In this document: positions 43,053 to 44,837 of the stretch, piece after piece
Position numbering within the stretch: the first letter of the stretch is position 1
Layout of the letters: each line of letters opens with the position of its first letter
DNA from: a virus
Taxonomy: Duplodnaviria; Caudoviricetes
Direction: 5' to 3' (one strand)
Length of the DNA stretch: 44,837 nt
IMG/VR virus record: IMGVR_UViG_3300025018_000230
Span: 1-44,837 of that record
Made by a program: the position numbers and the translations under genes
The notes under the pieces: model-generated
The model's input: the letters and a program-made list of their open reading frames with translations, nothing else
What the model was told of the DNA's origin: nothing
Database searches by the model: none

Positions 43053-44837
43053 ATGCCTGTTCCATTATTTGCAACGAAGCTGAAAAATGAGCTTTTAGAA
43101 GAACTTACTCCAGTAGCTGCTGGGGCACAAGGCGTTTATACCAGCGTTGCTGCGGGTGAGTCGGCTACAGTTAACGGCGAGTATTTCGGGGTTGCTGCTG
43201 ACGGGTATTATACGCTGTACGAAAACGTAGCAGGAACAGGAATGTCCCGCGGAAGTCTTATTGCGGCAGCAACGCTTGCAGCAACAGGCGGCGCGGCACA
43301 AGTTGGATTTATCCAGGAGGGCACTGGTGCCGTCGCCAGCACCTTGCAAGCCAAGGCGCGAGAGGTTGTTTCTGTCTCGGATTTTGGCGCGACGGGCGAT
43401 GGCGTGACCGATGACAGCACTAACGTCCAAAAGGCTATCGACGCGCTTTCAAGTGGCGGCTCGGTTCGTTTCCCGCGAGGCTCCTATAAGTTAGGAACCG
43501 GGCTTACTGTCAGCAATGATGACGTTACTCTTGAGTTTGAGGCGGGGGCTTCGATTAGCTACACCACGGCGACACTGACGCCCATCACGCTGGCCGGTGA
43601 CAGATGCAAAGTTTCGGGCGGCAAAATTAACGCGCCAGCAACTTTCGACGGAACCAACAGCGCCATCACCTACAGCGTTGTGAAGGTGACGGGCGATTAT
43701 TGCGCCATTGATGGCCTGTATCTTGATAACGTCCCCCGCGCCGGTATTTGGTTTGAAAATGCAACCAACGGCATTGTGTCCAACTGCGTAATTGATGGCG
43801 GCACAGCCGAGGGGTTCTTCACCGGGATAAATACGGTTCATTTCGGGATAGTGATCGACACTCCCAGCACAGGCAGTCAGGGTAACTTTGTTATTAGCGG
43901 CAACATTATTCGCCGCTGCACACAGGGCGCAGGTTCTGGTAGTGTTGGCGCGGCCACCTTTGAACAGTCAATAACAATCATAGGCAATGTGTTTGAGCTT
44001 TGCTGGAACCATGGTTGGTATTCCTCTGGTCTCGCCAATGGGCATACCATTACTGGCAATGCGTTTAACGCCTGCCAGATACCTATAGCGGCAACAGGTA
44101 GCGACCACGTTATCACCGGCAATTCTCTGCAAGTTCAAACAACTGGAACAGCGGTCAATACTGATAACGAAATGACAGGAATTTCATTGCGCGATCCAGT
44201 TCGCTGTGTGGTCTCCAACAACGTGATAAAAGGCGAAGGGATTAACGGCGGGGTTGTTATCAGCTTGGATGATAATAGCGGAGTTCCCGGCAACAACAAA
44301 GTCACAGATAATGTCGTATCGGGCAACGTAATTACAATTACAAACTCTGCCGCTGCTGGCGTGGTTGCTATTCGCCTATTCGGCAACTCAACTGAAGTTT
44401 CCAACAACATGGTGACGGGCAATACAATCACCGCTCCGGTTAGAAGCGGAGATGGGTTGATCGTGGTCCAGGGTTCTGCTGCTTCCACGAAAAATCACGT
44501 TCAGAACAATTCATTGACCATGACGCGCGTCCAAGGGAGTTATTTCGTTTTCCTTAGCGAGGCATCTCACACTCAGGTTTCGGGCAACACATTTGAGCTT
44601 GCGGCAGACGCGGCTTCTGCGCTGACGTTTATCGCTATTGGCCTGGTAAGCTGCTCCAATACGCGGGTGGATAACAATGATTTTATCTGTTCGTCAGCAT
44701 GGGGGGCAAACGTTGCTTACCGAACGCTGCAAGAGTTGACAACCGCGACAAACAATTCCGCTTCGGGCAACAGGATAAATCTGGACCTTGCCAAATTAAC
44801 CAGCGTAACACTGTTTTTAGCACTTAATACCGGCCCG
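43053..44837 (+). CDS. Tailspike / depolymerase (pectate-lyase-3-like beta-helix), continues at 124-417 after the overlap
   Basis: VSVSDFGATGDGVTDDST..QKAID...V.FP.G.Y followed by I.GN beta-helix repeats. No stop found before the window end; about 692 aa when joined. Confidence 0.88.
   Translation, partial: MPVPLFATKLKNELLEELTPVAAGAQGVYTSVAAGESATVNGEYFGVAADGYYTLYENVAGTGMSRGSLIAAATLAATGGAAQVGFIQEGTGAVASTLQAKAREVVSVSDFGATGDGVTDDSTNVQKAIDALSSGGSVRFPRGSYKLGTGLTVSNDDVTLEFEAGASISYTTATLTPITLAGDRCKVSGGKINAPATFDGTNSAITYSVVKVTGDYCAIDGLYLDNVPRAGIWFENATNGIVSNCVIDGGTAEGFFTGINTVHFGIVIDTPSTGSQGNFVISGNIIRRCTQGAGSGSVGAATFEQSITIIGNVFELCWNHGWYSSGLANGHTITGNAFNACQIPIAATGSDHVITGNSLQVQTTGTAVNTDNEMTGISLRDPVRCVVSNNVIKGEGINGGVVISLDDNSGVPGNNKVTDNVVSGNVITITNSAAAGVVAIRLFGNSTEVSNNMVTGNTITAPVRSGDGLIVVQGSAASTKNHVQNNSLTMTRVQGSYFVFLSEASHTQVSGNTFELAADAASALTFIAIGLVSCSNTRVDNNDFICSSAWGANVAYRTLQELTTATNNSASGNRINLDLAKLTSVTLFLALNTGP
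44715..44837. repeat. Terminal direct repeat, right copy
   Basis: 121/123 identity to 1-123. Confidence 0.95.

Noticed and set aside
41399-44837. Diversity-generating retroelement, suggested by the BPP-1-like structural module
   Set aside because: No reverse transcriptase or Avd ORF and no TR/VR pair seen. The only long repeat is the terminal overlap, with two synonymous differences.

Overview
The window appears to be a complete, circularly permuted ~44.7-kb podovirus-type phage genome. The last 123 bp repeat the first 123 bp, and the break falls inside a tailspike gene. Minus strand 2455-23037 carries early, recombination and replication genes: a DUF3987-like AAA+ helicase, a family A DNA polymerase split from an upstream UDG-like/3'-5' exonuclease protein, a ParB-N/DNA methyltransferase fusion, an SSB-like protein, an AAA_24 ATPase, a PD-(D/E)XK nuclease, a HIRAN protein, an SF1 helicase and about 30 small ORFs. 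Plus strand 23372-44837 plus 1-2454 carries a BPP-1/T7-like morphogenesis module (terminase, portal, scaffold, capsid, cement, tail tube A/B, internal virion proteins, tail fibre, tailspike) and a lysis cassette. I recognised no integrase, CI repressor, primase, RNA polymerase, tRNA, CRISPR or reverse transcriptase. An alphaproteobacterial host is only a weak guess. The most interesting unexplained signals are: (i) five to seven early proteins, mostly unrelated in sequence, share a C-terminal [IV]-x-[IV]-x-[IL]-COOH tail; (ii) a ~410-bp symmetric non-coding element with a poly-A core and GAGCCATAC repeats; (iii) the same GTATGGCT box recurs in three other regulatory intergenic regions; (iv) the polymerase is split inside its exonuclease domain, has His at the 762-equivalent position, has a degenerate UDG domain and has no primase partner. 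All family assignments come from motif recognition by eye, not database searches.
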